The translations under genes were made by a program, and so were the position numbers. This document shows, in pieces, positions 40,273-53,963 of a stretch of DNA of 64,000 nt. The stretch is from Schmidtea polychroa. Taxonomy: Eukaryota. The stretch is taken from contig CM097887.1 of the NCBI GenBank assembly GCA_044892525.1, forward strand, positions 11,222,001 through 11,286,000. Reading direction: 5' to 3'. The notes beneath the pieces are model-generated. The model was not told where the DNA came from. It saw only the letters and a list, made by a program, of their open reading frames with translations, and did no database searches. The first letter of the stretch is position 1. Each line of letters opens with the position of its first letter.

Positions 40273-41099
40273 ACATAAAAACAAAACATTACCCAGAACG
40301 TTGAAAGTCAATTTTATCTTTAGATATCAGAAAATGGGGATTAGAATAAGGACAGAACCTGCTCAAAATTTGCTTAAAGGATTAATTTTAAAACGAGAAA
40401 ATCAATGCATAAGACCAAAACAGGACGTATTTCTGCACAAAGTTGTTAATATCATTTCTGCAAATGTTGGGGACTAGTATTAACAATATGATTAAAGCCC
40501 TCCGACATCATCACCTACAGAAAGACAACCCTGTTTATTATTATTAGAATCCATAATTCGACGGGTGGTGCGAGACTTGCCCAGATTGGTTGCCAAGTGA
40601 TGATGTGAATGCATGATATAAGGAACCAAAATTTAAATTCCCACATGCGACCTACTCCGGTCACTACCAGATGCCGAATAACAACCAATTGTTTGACATT
40701 TCCACAAAATTCGACTTGATTTGCACTATCAACGCGATAAATGAAATGCTATGAAAGATGAAGAGGTTCAAGGCAGAGACTCGACTATTTAATACAAAAT
40801 TAGCATAAATCGCAATCGCCAATTACTAAAAATAGTTTATAAATATATATAGCAATATTTAATGTTGGAAAGTTCCAGATGCTTTTGTTCTCCAGATTAA
40901 TAGAGAAAATGTTACTTGATTTTAATAATTTGACTTAATAACTTGACTTTAATTACTTTGGATAATTTACAAATTTATTAATAATTAATTTTTTTTAATG
41001 ATTTTTTAATTTTTGATTTTTTTGCTATAGTGATAATTTACTTTTGAAAATTAAAATTTCTTTTGGGTTTTTTTCTATGTTTCCGCTGTTTTTGTTGGT

Positions 41100-43660
41100 T
41101 GTTTGTTTGTTTGTTTCTGTATTTTCTGCTCTTTTGTTTTTGAGTGATGGGAGGTTTGATTCTCTGCCAAAAACTTTGAAAGAGGGGCTTTCATTGTCGA
41201 TTGAGTTGGGGGTTTTCCTTAAACCCAGTAGGAGGTAATTCGGTGAGCCAATTTCTGTCGTTTGCTTTGGTTCTAATGCTTTGTTTAAGTGTCCTTTGTA
41301 ATCTTTCGATTTTTCCGTTTGCTTGTGGGTTGAAAGCAGTGGTTCGGTTGCGTTTTATTTCATATTTTTTACATAGGGAATTAAATAGTTCCGACTCGAA
41401 CTGTCTCCCTTGATCTGTTATCAATGTTTTAGGTTGTCCATATCGGGTTATCCAGTTTAGTTCGATGTTACAGGTGTTTTGTGCGGATATTTCTTTTATT
41501 GGGATTATTTATAACCAGTTTGTTTTTCTGTCTATTATCGTTAGTAGGTACTTGTAATCGTTATTTGGTGGTAACGGTCCTACTATGTCTATGTGTATTG
41601 TTGGCTGCTTGGGAAATTTACTTTTCAACCGTTAGGTTTTTTGCAGTTTTGTTAATCTGGCCACTTTTGCATGTCTTGACGAAATCTTTTATTTTTTTCG
41701 CATGTTTGGCCATATGTATTTGTTGTGGATGATTTCGTATGTGGCCTTGTTTCTTGGATGATTGATGTTGTGTATCTTTGAGATTCACTTATTCCTGAAT
41801 TCTTTCGGTAGGGGTATTCATGGTGTATTTTCGTTACTGACGTCGTATCAGCAATCGTTGATTTGTTCGAGTTTTAGGCTATGTTTTTTGGTAGCTCTTT
41901 CAGTGTTTCTGCTTGTTGGTTTTTGATTGTTTCGACTTCGAACATTTCGCTGAATTCGAGTGCGTTAATGTCTGTTTCGGTTCTTAACAATGTGTCTGCT
42001 GCTATCTTTACTGCTCCCGCGATATAATTGATTGTACAGTTGAATTGTGATATGTAGTTTGCTTATTGATGGATTTTTCATTTCTATTGCGTTTGTAAGA
42101 GGTTTGTGGTCAGTGTATATTTTGAAGTTTCTTGCTTCTAGTAGGTGTTGAAAGTGTTTTATGGCTTCGTGAATTGCGAGCAGTTCTAGGTCGAATGTGG
42201 ATTATCTTGTCTGGTGGGTTTTTAATTTCTTGGAGAAGAAACCGATAGGTTGTTTACCAAATTCATTGTCTTGGTAAAGAGTTGCTCCCATTGCAAATCC
42301 AGAACAATCTGTTGCTAGTTTGTAATCTCGTTTTGGATCCGGGTATCCAAGTAATGTGGCTTGAGATAAGCTTGATTTTGCTTTCTCGAAGTTTTTGATT
42401 GCTCTCTCAGTCCATTTTATTTTTATGTTTCCTCTTGTTTTGATAAGGTCATATAGGGGAGCCAAAAGTAGGGTGCAACTTGGTATGTAGAAGTGGTAGA
42501 AGTTTACCATTTCCAAAAATCGTCTGAGTTCTCTATTTGAATTTGGCAGTTGGAATTGGTGGATGGAGCTGATTTTTTTCTCGATAGGTTTGTGCCTTTT
42601 TCGTCAAATGTGTGTCCGAGAAAATTAATTTCTATTTTTAGAAATTCGCATTTTTGGGCGTTTATTTTGAGATTTTCTGTGTTTAGTGTTTTCAATACTT
42701 CGTATATGTCTTTAAGATGAGATTGTTTATTTGGGCTGGCTATTAATAAGTCGTCCAAATATGCGATTGTGTTTTTGTTGTTTTTCAGGTTTCGATCCAT
42801 GAAACGTTGAAATGTTGCTGCTGCATTTCGTAAACCAAATGGCATTCGGTTGTATTTGAACATGGTGTTATTGGTGTTACGATTGCTGTTTTTTTAATAT
42901 CCTCCTTTCTAATTGGAATTTGGGAGTAAGCTTTTTGAAAGTCAATTTTTGAGAAAATCCTTGCTCCTTTGAGTCTGTTTATTATGTCTCTTATGATCGG
43001 CAGTGGGTAGTTATCTGGTTCTGTCATTTTGTTGAGCATTCTGTAGTCTCTGCAAGTTCTCCAGTCCCCGTTTGCTTTTTGTTAGAGCATTAGTGCTGAT
43101 GCCCAGTCTGAATTTGAATGTGCTACTATATTATTTTCCAGTAGTTCCTGTAAAATTTCTTTTGCGATGTTTGTCTTTTGTGGGTCTAATTGTCTGACCT
43201 TTGTGTGTACTGGGTTTCCATTAATTATGGTGGCGTGTTCGGTTGGGTGATTAGATTTTCCATCGAAAGTTACTGGTTCGCAGAGTTTATCGTATTTCGC
43301 CAGAAGTGCAGTTATTTCTTGACCGTGTTCGATTGCTTTGATTGTTTTAATATTTGGTTTGCTTGTTTGTATAACGCCGATGTTTACTTTGAAATGTTTT
43401 TCGTTTTAATCTTACTGGTTTCATTGTCTGTTGTGAGGTTTTCAATTAAAATTTTGTTTCTGCAATCTACTATTAAGTTGTAGCGTGCTAGGAAATCAGC
43501 TCTGATTATTGATTGTTGTACCTCTGCGATTGTGAATGACTAGTTGTATTTTTATGAATTTATTGTTAAGGTTAGTATGTGTTGGCCAAACGTTTTTATG
43601 CTGGATCCGTTTGCGGCTGTTAATGATTTTTCGGATCATGTCCATTATCGGCTACCTACA
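41100..43660 (-). mobile_element. Ty3/gypsy pol remnant (protease tail, RT, RNase H, integrase)
   Basis: DFQKAYSQIP, MPFGLRNAAATFQRFMD, YLDDLLIAS, LATDCSGFAMGATL, ITDQGRQFES and FNPQANGKIER. Multiple frameshifts; no LTR identified. Confidence 0.93.
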
Positions 43661-43668
43661 AGATACAT

Positions 43669-44169
43669 GGGTATTATCTGCCACCTAAATAATAATAAAT
43701 AAGAATTCTATTAGTTTTATTCAATTATAAAAACATAAATAAACTAAATTCTGATTTATTGAGTTTTCATCACACAAACAAGATACATGAAAATATTTGC
43801 TTGTGCATTACTTTTCCACACAAGCCCATTTAGGAAAAGAGGAAGCTGATTTCCACGAATCTTATCTTCATTTTCAGCTGCGCCCATAGAGATTCTATAT
43901 TTTGGGTATGCAGACCCGAATCAGAATCAACAAAATTCTAAAAATGATTAACTGTTTCGTGCACAAACACCAAATTTTGATTTATTCTCTTGTATGCTGC
44001 CCATTTATCACTATAAATAACTTTTCCCGGGCGGCATACTCTAGAAATTATTGGCAAGAAAGTGTTCGCAGATCTGTCAGGCACCACTTCTACATAATAG
44101 ATTCGCAAAAAATAGATCTATAAATAAATAATTTTAAATTCAATGTTATTGATATTATCTGCCACCTAA
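43669..44169 (-). mobile_element. Merlin (IS1595/ISXO2-like) DNA transposon fragment
   Basis: 43858-44096 minus reads YVEVVPDRSANTFLPII...IYSDKWAAY...HETVNHF*NFVDSDSGLHTQNIESLWAQLK. TATTATCTGCCACCTAAA occurs at both edges. Confidence 0.85.
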
Positions 44170-44724
44170 AGCAACATCGGCATCAAACACATACATAGAG
44201 GATCGAGATATTTAAATAATTATGATATCAATAAATCTTAATATATCGTTGAGTGGTTGTTTGAATCGATATAGAAATGGTAGGCTACATGTGGCAACGT
44301 TGGTACTGCTTATTATTACTGCTTATTATTTATTTGCTTATTTCATATTGCGAGATATTTTACAAAAACTATATCTAATTTATTGTTTAAATAGTCCGAT
44401 TAATTTTCAAATCTTTTCATCAGAAGATAATTATTTTGGACTAAAGAAGATAGTGACATCGTTATTTATACTCGTTAACTGTCTTAAATTTTAATAATTA
44501 TTCCAATTATAATATAAAGACAAAATTTAAACCTATCATTAAAACAAAATATTTTATTGTTAGGTTCTTATCAGGTAGATTGATTCTTCCTAACACAGAT
44601 TATATCTGACTCCAAAGATATAAATATAAAATACGTAAGTGTAGATATAAATAATTTAATGTAGATTAAATCAAGACGTGAATATGAAAAGATTTATTGA
44701 ATATGCACAAATAAAATATACAAC

Positions 44725-45060
44725 TGTAACAATTGGGTTTCCGAAAAAATGCCGCTCAACTCTAAGTAAAGAAATCGGTTATTCGAACCGTCCTCAGATA
44801 AAGCACAAACGCTGGAACTAATGCCTCACAGCGATGTATAAAAGAATGGGGCAAGATGAGGGATCTCCCGGATTTTGCGCGATCGTGTAGATCAAGTTCG
44901 ATCTACCGTTACCTAGATATTTATCCTCTTGTATTTTAGATCCAACGAGTAAGACAGGCAGAAATGCTGCTTCTCGTGGTCGGGTTGTGCAGTTTTAGTT
45001 TAATAAATAAATAAAATTCAAGTAACCTTATGGTTAAGAATTTTATGTTCTTCCCAAGCA
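44725..45060 (+). mobile_element. LTR-like segment
   Basis: Starts TGTAACA and contains TATAAAAG and an AATAAA cluster. No TSD, PBS or partner LTR confirmed. Confidence 0.33.
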
Positions 45061-45822
45061 AGTTTATATAGCTTTTAGTGTTCTTTAATTATTTTTGTCG
45101 AAGCAGAAATTGCTTGAGCAAAAATTGACCGACTGATCGACTTTTGTCTTCCTTTAAATAACGAATTTCTAGGGCAACAGCTGGTTTATCTCTTTAGTAA
45201 TAAACAATTAATTTTGCACAGCTGGTAATCGTTTCTTTCCTCAGTGGAGTTAATGAATAATTGCGTTTCCTTTTCACTGCTGTTAATCAATATTGATTTT
45301 CAGCTCAAGTTGTATTTTCTTTATTGCTATTGTTGGGTTTTTAATGTAAGTCGGTACTACGGTCTGACTCCTTTGTGTTCTTTTCCAAATAAATAAATAA
45401 ATAAATAAATAACCCAACACAAAATCTTTATTGACACTGATGCAGTTACACTTTTACACTTGTATTAGTTTACTCACACTTGATACAATCAGGTTTTGTC
45501 TGCACTTTTCAATTTGCCAACAAATCTCACGCAGGGGTAGATCTTCCAACGGGAGATGTCCCTTTCTGGTACGTTCGATTTTTAAATGGTTTGATTTCTA
45601 CTAACTTTAATATTTCCTTTTTCGCTCTCGTCAAACTTCTATTTTCTTTTCTTCGACCCACTGGCATTTTGTTTTCTTGCCAGTTGCTTTTATACTCGTT
45701 TGGTAATTGACTTTATTTTTGCCAATTATTTTTGGTCTTATTTCCCCCCGGGTTTCCTCTTGGAGGTCTAATTCAATTGAAGGGAATTGGCTCATTTTCT
45801 TTGACGGCGCTTATTCTTTTTA

Positions 45823-45989
45823 TCCGGCTAAATTAATTGCCTTCCCAAAATTGGGTTTCTCCGGCTAAATTAATTGCCTTCCCAAAATTGGATTTATCAA
45901 TTCGCTCGGGTTTTCCATTGTATCGGGTTTCCCATTAGCTCGGGTTCTCCATTAGCTCGGGTTTTCCATTAGCTCGGGTTTTCCATTAG
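45823..45989. repeat. 37-bp direct repeat (x2) followed by 17-bp tandem repeat (x5)
   Basis: TCCGGCTAAATTAATTGCCTTCCCAAAATTGG at 45823 and 45860. CTCGGGTTTTCCATTAG units at 45905-45989. Confidence 0.92.
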
Positions 45990-46341
45990 TTGATTAATTT
46001 TTAATTAATTTTTGTTTTTTGTAATTTATTCCTTTTAGGGACCCCCCATTGATTTTATTTTATTATAGCTGAACTCGTCTCATTATTTAGCATCCGCCCA
46101 TACCAGTTTCCCCCAGAAAATATTCATTTTTTAAAATTTTTGATTTTTAATTAATATTTTGTACTTTAAATTTTTATTTTGAATTTGGTGTTTTTGTCAA
46201 TTTTCACCTCATTTTTGTGCCTCTCTTGTTGAACCCCAACACTATTAATCCGAATTGATTTTAGCAGAAAATTATTTTTTCTGATTTTTACAAAACTTAA
46301 TCATTTTTAGATAAAATTATATTCTATTATACCTAATTCTA

Positions 46342-46542
46342 NNNNNNNNNNNNNNNNNNNNNNNNNNNNNNNNNNNNNNNNNNNNNNNNNNNNNNNNNNN
46401 NNNNNNNNNNNNNNNNNNNNNNNNNNNNNNNNNNNNNNNNNNNNNNNNNNNNNNNNNNNNNNNNNNNNNNNNNNNNNNNNNNNNNNNNNNNNNNNNNNNN
46501 NNNNNNNNNNNNNNNNNNNNNNNNNNNNNNNNNNNNNNNNNN
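46342..46542. other. Assembly gap (N run)
   Basis: 201 N. Confidence 1.
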
Positions 46543-47549
46543 ATTAAATTTATTAATTCAAAAGAAAATTTCCCCATATGTAAAATATAATTAATTGTAC
46601 ATCACACATAAACACAAAATTAATAGACAAAAATAAAATATAATTAGGTGTCCACCGATAAAAACATAGAATGATATAATGTTTGTTTATATAGATATAT
46701 TGTATTATAATATACTAAAAGATATATAGAAAACAAATGACTTGTTTAAATAATCAGATAGAAAAATACGCACGTTTGAAATAAAGAGAAACAAGAATAT
46801 AAGAAGAGATGAAGCTCGCCAATAAAATTTGTACTAACAATTCAGAAGAAACTTTTCATCCCGCACGAGTATCACAGCCAAATCATTATCACCTTCAGAT
46901 GGAATTCATATATCATATCACAATTTTATAATTAATAAATTTTCGGAGTTAATTATTATAGTTACTATATTTATCAAGTTCTAATTATAATTTGTTCACC
47001 AAATGTTTTTAAAATGGAAATAAAATGATATGAAACAGTGAATAAAGCTGTTTTTATATCTATAAAAACAGTTTAATAAGATTTTTGGAATATTTATAAA
47101 TTTTTCTTACATTTTATATCTATTTTAATGACAATAAATTTTTTTTTAAGTGAACATTTTCCCTTTTCGATAGATATTCGCATTTTAGTAGATATTTTCC
47201 TATTTAGTTGAATTTATATTGTTCTTTACCCATCCCTTCTTCAGTAAATAATTCCCTATTCATTAAATATTTTCTATCAAAATGAGTTTTCTATTGAAAA
47301 TTCATATTTCATTATTTCCTTTAACAAGAAATTTTTTCAAAGCAATTACTTTTATCTGAGAACTTTCTTCACTGATTAAAATTTTCTAATCTTTTAATTC
47401 TGTTTAAACATTTATTGTAAAATATTAAGTAAATAATTTCATAAATTTAAATATATTTAAATTTTGAAATAGTAATTTAAAATATATCACTAAAAATTAA
47501 TGAAATTAAAATAATTTTAAATTATTGATTTTAATGAAAACGTTAATGA

Positions 47550-48500
47550 TAAATTTTAATTAAATTATTATTAGTGGTGATATGAAGATTATTTAAGTAA
47601 ATTAAGAATTTGTAAGGTAAATTTATTAATTTTAATATTTAATGATGATTTTTATTATTTCTTTTCTTTAGCGATTTTATAGTAATTCTAGGATAAATTT
47701 TTAGTTGAAATTTATTGATCATTCGTCTATGTGTTGGGATGATTATTATTTAGTGTAAATATGGTGTTAGTAATAGTTTTAAAAATTTTAATTGATAAAT
47801 TAATTTTTCTAAATTCATCTTTTCTCCTAAGAATATTTTCTTCGATGAATACTTAGCAAGTTTTTATTTTTTAATAATAAAATTTTTAATTTAAATATTG
47901 ATTTTATCAAGGTTGTGGTATTTATTGAAGTATTTCTGAGATTTATACGAAAATTATTCAAAACTTACGGAAATTTCTGAATATTTTAAATAATTTATTT
48001 TTAAAGGTATGACAGGTTGTAATTTATTAGGAAATCAGCGATGAATTAATGAAATGTTATCGAAATGATGTTTAGTAGAAAATTTTATGATAATTTGGAT
48101 TAAAGGTTTTTTTGGAGAAAACATTGATCTTTTTGTAGATTCTCATGGATTTATCTGCTATGATGTGGTATGTTGCACAATAATCATTTAAATATATTTG
48201 ATTTTTACTGAGAAAGTTCTCTTGATGAAACTTAATATCTTTTAGAGGGCTTTATCTATTTTAATGTGATTTACTCACATGAATAATGGTTAATTTTTTC
48301 ATCATTTGCGGTCTTACATAAATTTTAAGGGTTCTAATGGTTTGATTAATAAAATGATTAGAATAGAGAATTAAGATCATTTTAATAGATATTTTCAATC
48401 TTTAAAGGAAAATTTAATCTCAAGTGAGAGATCTAGTTAGTTGAATGTTAATTAAAATTACCAATAATCACGAGGATTTTTAAGGTTGTGATTGTTACTC
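47550..48500 (-). mobile_element. Possible heavily decayed APE-type LINE remnant
   Basis: Minus strand VIIGNFN*HSTN* (~48433-48472) resembles the APE motif IxGDFNxH. IDKAL*KILSFIKRTF resembles CR1/L2 C-terminal sequence. Confidence 0.33.
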
Positions 48501-48679
48501 TGTATGCATTTTGGATCTTAGTAAATATTATTAGATTTGTAGAGTATATTGAATCATTGTCAATGAAAACACGAAACAACCAATCAAAATTGAATATACA
48601 TGTAAGTTAAGTTATAAAAAATTTTAAAGAAAAATTCAAGGAGAGTTTCATATTATTTTAATTCCCAAATATAGGAGAA

Positions 48680-49622
48680 TGCGATTCCGGAATTGTTAGC
48701 TTCATTTAGGAGCAATAGTTGCAAATATTTCTCGGTAAAACCTTTTATTTTTTTTGTCTTTATTGATCTGTTTTTATCGAACAGCGAACACTTTGAGCAA
48801 AAAGAAGGTTCAGGAAGACCAAGAACGAACACTGCAGAAACGAATATCATAATTGTGCGTGAAATGATTGAAGAAAATTGCCACTTAAGCTATCCAGCCA
48901 TTTCAAGAGTCACAGACATTAAAGAAACGAGTGTTCACCGCATATTAAAACAAGACCTTGGAAAGAAATCACTTTGCAACAGATGCGGTCCTCACATTTT
49001 GACTGATAATTTGAATCACTTGCTGTCAAGCAATCTTGAATGTTTATTCGGCAAAAAGGACTAAGGAAAAGATCATTGTTATGGATGAAAAAGGGACTTA
49101 CATTCGAGACGTACCTCCAAAAGAATGCAACCGTGTTTGGGTGGAGGGCATAGGTGATCGTCCAACCATTGCTAGACGGACAATATCTGATCACAAAGCT
49201 TTGATTATTGTTGCCAGCAACTAGGCATAATCACTCATGTATTTCGTATTTCTTCAAGACGGTGGATCTATCAATGCTGAGAATTACCTACAATTTCAGC
49301 AGAATATTTCAAACTTTCAAACAATTCTAACTGCTTATGAAATGGTCATACAACATGACGATGCCAGACCTCGCATAGCGCAGTTGATTCGACTCCAACA
49401 AAGCAAACGATCTACTCACCCGACACAAACCTCATGGATCGCTTTATCTTCAGGAATTACGAGTGCTATCAACGTGGAAAAAACCTCAGTTATTCAGGAG
49501 AGCTGAACAACAATTTTCGCCAATATTTGGAGTCAACATCAGAGGCCAAGCGCACGAGCGAGTTTCAAAATTTTACACGTCACCTCCAGAGTGTCAATGA
49601 AGCTGATGGAGATTATGTCTAG
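48680..49622 (+). mobile_element. Tc1/mariner (mariner-like) transposase pseudogene
   Basis: GSGRPRT...VHRILKQDLG...PHILT (HTH), IIVMDEK, IQHDDARP and MDRFIFR. Frameshifted; TIRs not resolved. Confidence 0.85.
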
Positions 49623-51248
49623 GCTCTGATATATTTACACTGTTAGTTAACTTGCACATGCGATTTTCACAAATAAATGTTTTGAATTGTATTTTTTTAG
49701 ATTCTGATAAGATTTCATCGATGTAGAAAAACAAAATATAATATTCTCATTGTGATAAATGATCAAATATTTGTGTTAGCTAGAATTAAATTTTGATAAA
49801 TAAAATAAATGAAATTGCATCAAAAATCAAATATTTCTGTTTAATTTTTTTATACAAAATTTTCACTGAAATGTTTTTTTGTTTGACGGGGGGGGGCAAG
49901 CAATATCCTATTTTAGACAGAAGCCGTATTAATTCATTCAAATTGACATTAGGGATCAAAATAAATAATAAAAAAAACAATTGAAAAATAATATTGTCAT
50001 GTAGTTATGTAATTGTTACAAAATTGCATTAAATGCAAAAATGTTATAAATGCAATGGAAACAAGACAAATTTCATTTGGCGATTTCTGACCCGAGTAAA
50101 ATGAGAGCAAAAGTTCCATTTTGTTGCTAGAATTATTGAAATAATTTTTATTTTCTCATTTCAGATTTTGATATTTTACATTTTGTTCTTCATTAGCGCA
50201 CTGCCGGAGGAGGGGGCCGCAAGTTTCTGTTAATATTAAATATTTCAAGGATATGTTATTATAACCTTTCTATGATAGGCTCTGAATCAGGCATGGAATC
50301 TATGTTATGGAGATGCTATGATGACTGTTGCGACAAAAAGTGCAATGTTTCGCAATGTAAAGATATTTATTGGTGTAAATGTTTATAATATTTTTGTTAT
50401 TGATTTCAAAAATATAAACAATACAAAATATTAAGCTTTATTTAATAAATTTGAAATACTAAATTGCGCCTAAATCACGTTATTTAAACAAAAATATTAA
50501 TAAATCCCCCCCCGTCAGTGATGAGATGTCACCGGTTCGTATTTTAATGTTTTTTATTTTTATAAATTTATAGAAAAAATTACAATTATTTTGCGAATGT
50601 ATTTATATTTTCTACTAGTTTAATTTATATCTAAATATTTTGTAACGACTTTAGGAAATAAAAATAATGTTTAATAAAACGCAAAAGTAATAATCATAAA
50701 AAAATTGAAAATTTATAAAAAAAAAATATAGAAATCAACAAGAAAATCTTGATTCAACCATGAAATTCACTCATGCGGAACATAAATTATTGAATTGGTT
50801 GCCATGTAAAAGATAACATTTTGAAAAAAATTATAATTTATAATTTTCATAAGACAATTTCAGAAATTTCGGTTGTTGATTCGGAAGATAAAATTTCTCT
50901 TAGAGAGTTCTATAGAATGGGACTCGATTTGTTCTTTGCTCATGGTCTTGTTGAATATAACTTCAACGGGAATTCCAAAACATTTTAATGAAGTTTTGGG
51001 ATATTTTATGACCTCTGGAAAACTTTCAAATTAACTTCATTGACAGAGTTTTATGGCTCACATTGTAATATGAAATCTGTTCATTTAACAAATTTTCCTA
51101 CATAGGGATTTTCATTATTTACCTTCACATATTTTATATTTAATTACATTTGTGGTGATCTTCCGTGCGTGGTCATGCGCCAAATTCAGTTTTCCATTAA
51201 TTAAAAAAAAATTAAATAAACTTTATGTAAAGGTTTGTTTAAATATTA

Positions 51249-51473
51249 CACTCATGCCTCGCTTAACGGTTTCGATACGTTCCGTGAAAGTTGCCCACAA
51301 AGCGAAAAGCCGCATAACGAGTCAATGATTTAGATATCAACCCATATAAATTTAATCGGATCGGTTCCGATTTTTGATAAAATTCAACGTATTTTTCATA
51401 ATAAATTGTAATGAATCAACTCAGAAAAAACATTTTTCATAATATAACACATTTAAGATTTCAAATATCTTAT
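51249..51473. mobile_element. Tigger/pogo-type terminal sequence, cut by the gap
   Basis: TA followed by CACTCATGCCTCGCTTAACGGTTTCGATACGTTCCG, resembling Tigger-family TIRs. Confidence 0.55.
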
Positions 51474-51876
51474 NNNNNNNNNNNNNNNNNNNNNNNNNNN
51501 NNNNNNNNNNNNNNNNNNNNNNNNNNNNNNNNNNNNNNNNNNNNNNNNNNNNNNNNNNNNNNNNNNNNNNNNNNNNNNNNNNNNNNNNNNNNNNNNNNNN
51601 NNNNNNNNNNNNNNNNNNNNNNNNNNNNNNNNNNNNNNNNNNNNNNNNNNNNNNNNNNNNNNNNNNNNNNNNNNNNNNNNNNNNNNNNNNNNNNNNNNNN
51701 NNNNNNNNNNNNNNNNNNNNNNNNNNNNNNNNNNNNNNNNNNNNNNNNNNNNNNNNNNNNNNNNNNNNNNNNNNNNNNNNNNNNNNNNNNNNNNNNNNNN
51801 NNNNNNNNNNNNNNNNNNNNNNNNNNNNNNNNNNNNNNNNNNNNNNNNNNNNNNNNNNNNNNNNNNNNNNNNNNNN
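51474..51876. other. Assembly gap (N run)
   Basis: 403 N. Confidence 1.
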
Positions 51877-53400
51877 GTATATTAATTATCTCATAACTAA
51901 ACAATTTATTGTAACATATTTGCAATAAATGTTTTTAATAATTGCAAATAGTAATGGGAATTAATCAAAATTTCAACAAATACATAAAATAAAAAAGAAA
52001 CAAAAAGAATTTCTGGTGCCTGAAAATAGACTGAAAAAGTTATTTACATAATTTGTGTTTTATAAAGTTTGCTTTCTCATGATATTGGAAAATATATTTT
52101 TACTTTGGAAATAAAATAAACGGGTAAAATACAAATTCCTTTACTTTCATTAGAAAAGATGGAAGAATTCAAGGTCACAGAGACTTGAGTTTTAGTAATT
52201 TTAAATGATATGGGGAATTTATATTCAAATAATATTTTTAGGGGACAGAGCAAAAAAAATTGCATAAAAACAAAAATATGGGTGTGATGTAATTATAATG
52301 AGATATTTGATTTCCCTAACCTTTACCCTATGTTGTATAATGCCTGCATGTGTGATTTATTATTTTTGATTGTCTGGGTCCTCAAATTATGTCACTGATT
52401 ATCATTTATCAATAAGCTATTGCTGATTGTGTTGGTGTCGACACACCGGGTACTACAAATAGTACCACAATTTCTTAAATAAAGTTTTTGGAATTTATCA
52501 ATTATTCTTATTCTTTACATGGGGAAAGCCGTATCTTGATAGCCTGTCATAGATAGGAAAAGTAAACACAACATGAAAAGGAAAAGACAGGGCATATCTC
52601 AATATCTGTCAGAGATAAGGCTGGCGTAGCCGGGAATACAGAAGAAAATGAAAATGGAAAACAAAATCTGTCTCTAGTGCCACAAATGAAACAGGCTATA
52701 TTAAGCAGAACAGTTGACCGAGAAATTAGACAAAGTTTAGAGACGAAACCGAGACAACGAGAGAAGAAAACGAGAGTTAAGAGGAGAGTTAAATTTAGAG
52801 AGTTAAAAAGGAAGTTAAACCACCAGAGATTCCTTCAGTTAAAAATAAAGCATTAGCTCCTCCAAATGTTGAAGCCATTATACCAGAAACAACTGGGACT
52901 ACACCAGATATACCAACACCAGAAAATACAGCTGTGGAAACTGATAGTATTTCTGTGATGTTACAGATGCAATTTTTATACTTGTATCAGTACTAGTCCA
53001 TCTGGATTTAATTTTTTATAATGAACAAGTCCTTCACCTAGTTTTTTTCTTTTCTAATAAAAATTCATTTATTCTATTCAGAGAATCTTTATTGTCTCTG
53101 TTAATGTTGGGTACAATGGTATTTTTTATAAAACATGGAAGAATTTTCTCTTCATAAACTTCAAGATCATTTTAATAGGAATTGAAACAAGTCTCAATGC
53201 CATGCGTTGAGAAATTTATTTTTTGTTTAACATTTCCAGTTTAGTATTTTCAAAAACAAATTTATTTTGAATTCATGTTAATTTGCTGAATAATAAAGTT
53301 TTGTGAGACTTTCTGGGTCAATTTGGTTCTTTGTTATTTGAATACATTAAATTTTGATTATTTTTCAATACAAAAAACAATGAATAAAATTAGTATAAGC

Positions 53401-53529
53401 CAGGGGTGGGGAACCTGCGGCCTCCCGGAGCTTCATGTGTCCTCAGCAGCCTTATCGAAATAAATCTTAATTTATATAAAAACCATGAATTTTGATGATT
53501 TACAAATAAAAATACTTGTAACTACTGAA

Positions 53530-53600
<71 letters not shown>

Positions 53601-53963
53601 GTACTGTACAAGCATCCCCTGAGTACAAAGAACGAAATATAAAAGTCAATCATTCACACCCATAAATACAAAACGTATGTAGACGAATAAATAAGATTAT
53701 TGAGCACTCATTTGTGAAATGATGACTTATTTGCATCAATTTTTCGATTCAGAAATAATAAATATATTCCAGAATATTTCGTACAGCTGCATTATTCAAA
53801 TCAGGAGACTGATTTTAAACATTGTTTTAATTACTATCTGTATACAAACAAAAGATTTAAAATGAAATTAATTAATGTTAAAATACTTTTTTTGACTGCG
53901 GCACCATATGGAGGCGACAAATTTCAATGTGGCCTATGGAAATAAAAAGGTTCCCCACCCCTG
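53401..53963. mobile_element. hAT MITE (563 bp)
   Basis: Perfect 16-bp TIR CAGGGGTGGGGAACCT and perfect TSD GTATAAGC. Confidence 0.97.
53533..53598. repeat. (TA)33 microsatellite inside the MITE
   Basis: Read directly. Confidence 0.97.

Noticed and set aside
44850-44910. tRNA or SINE from the GTAGATC-AAGTTC-GATCTAC hairpin
   Set aside because: No acceptor, D or anticodon stems and no A box.
49885-50517. MITE defined by TGACGGGGGGGG / CCCCCCCCGTCA inverted repeat
   Set aside because: No TSD or clear termini, and the match is mostly a homopolymer.
50880-51100. Second pPolB fragment (LWKTFKLTSLTEFY)
   Set aside because: Only a short partial resemblance with wrong spacing to upstream motifs; too weak without a search.
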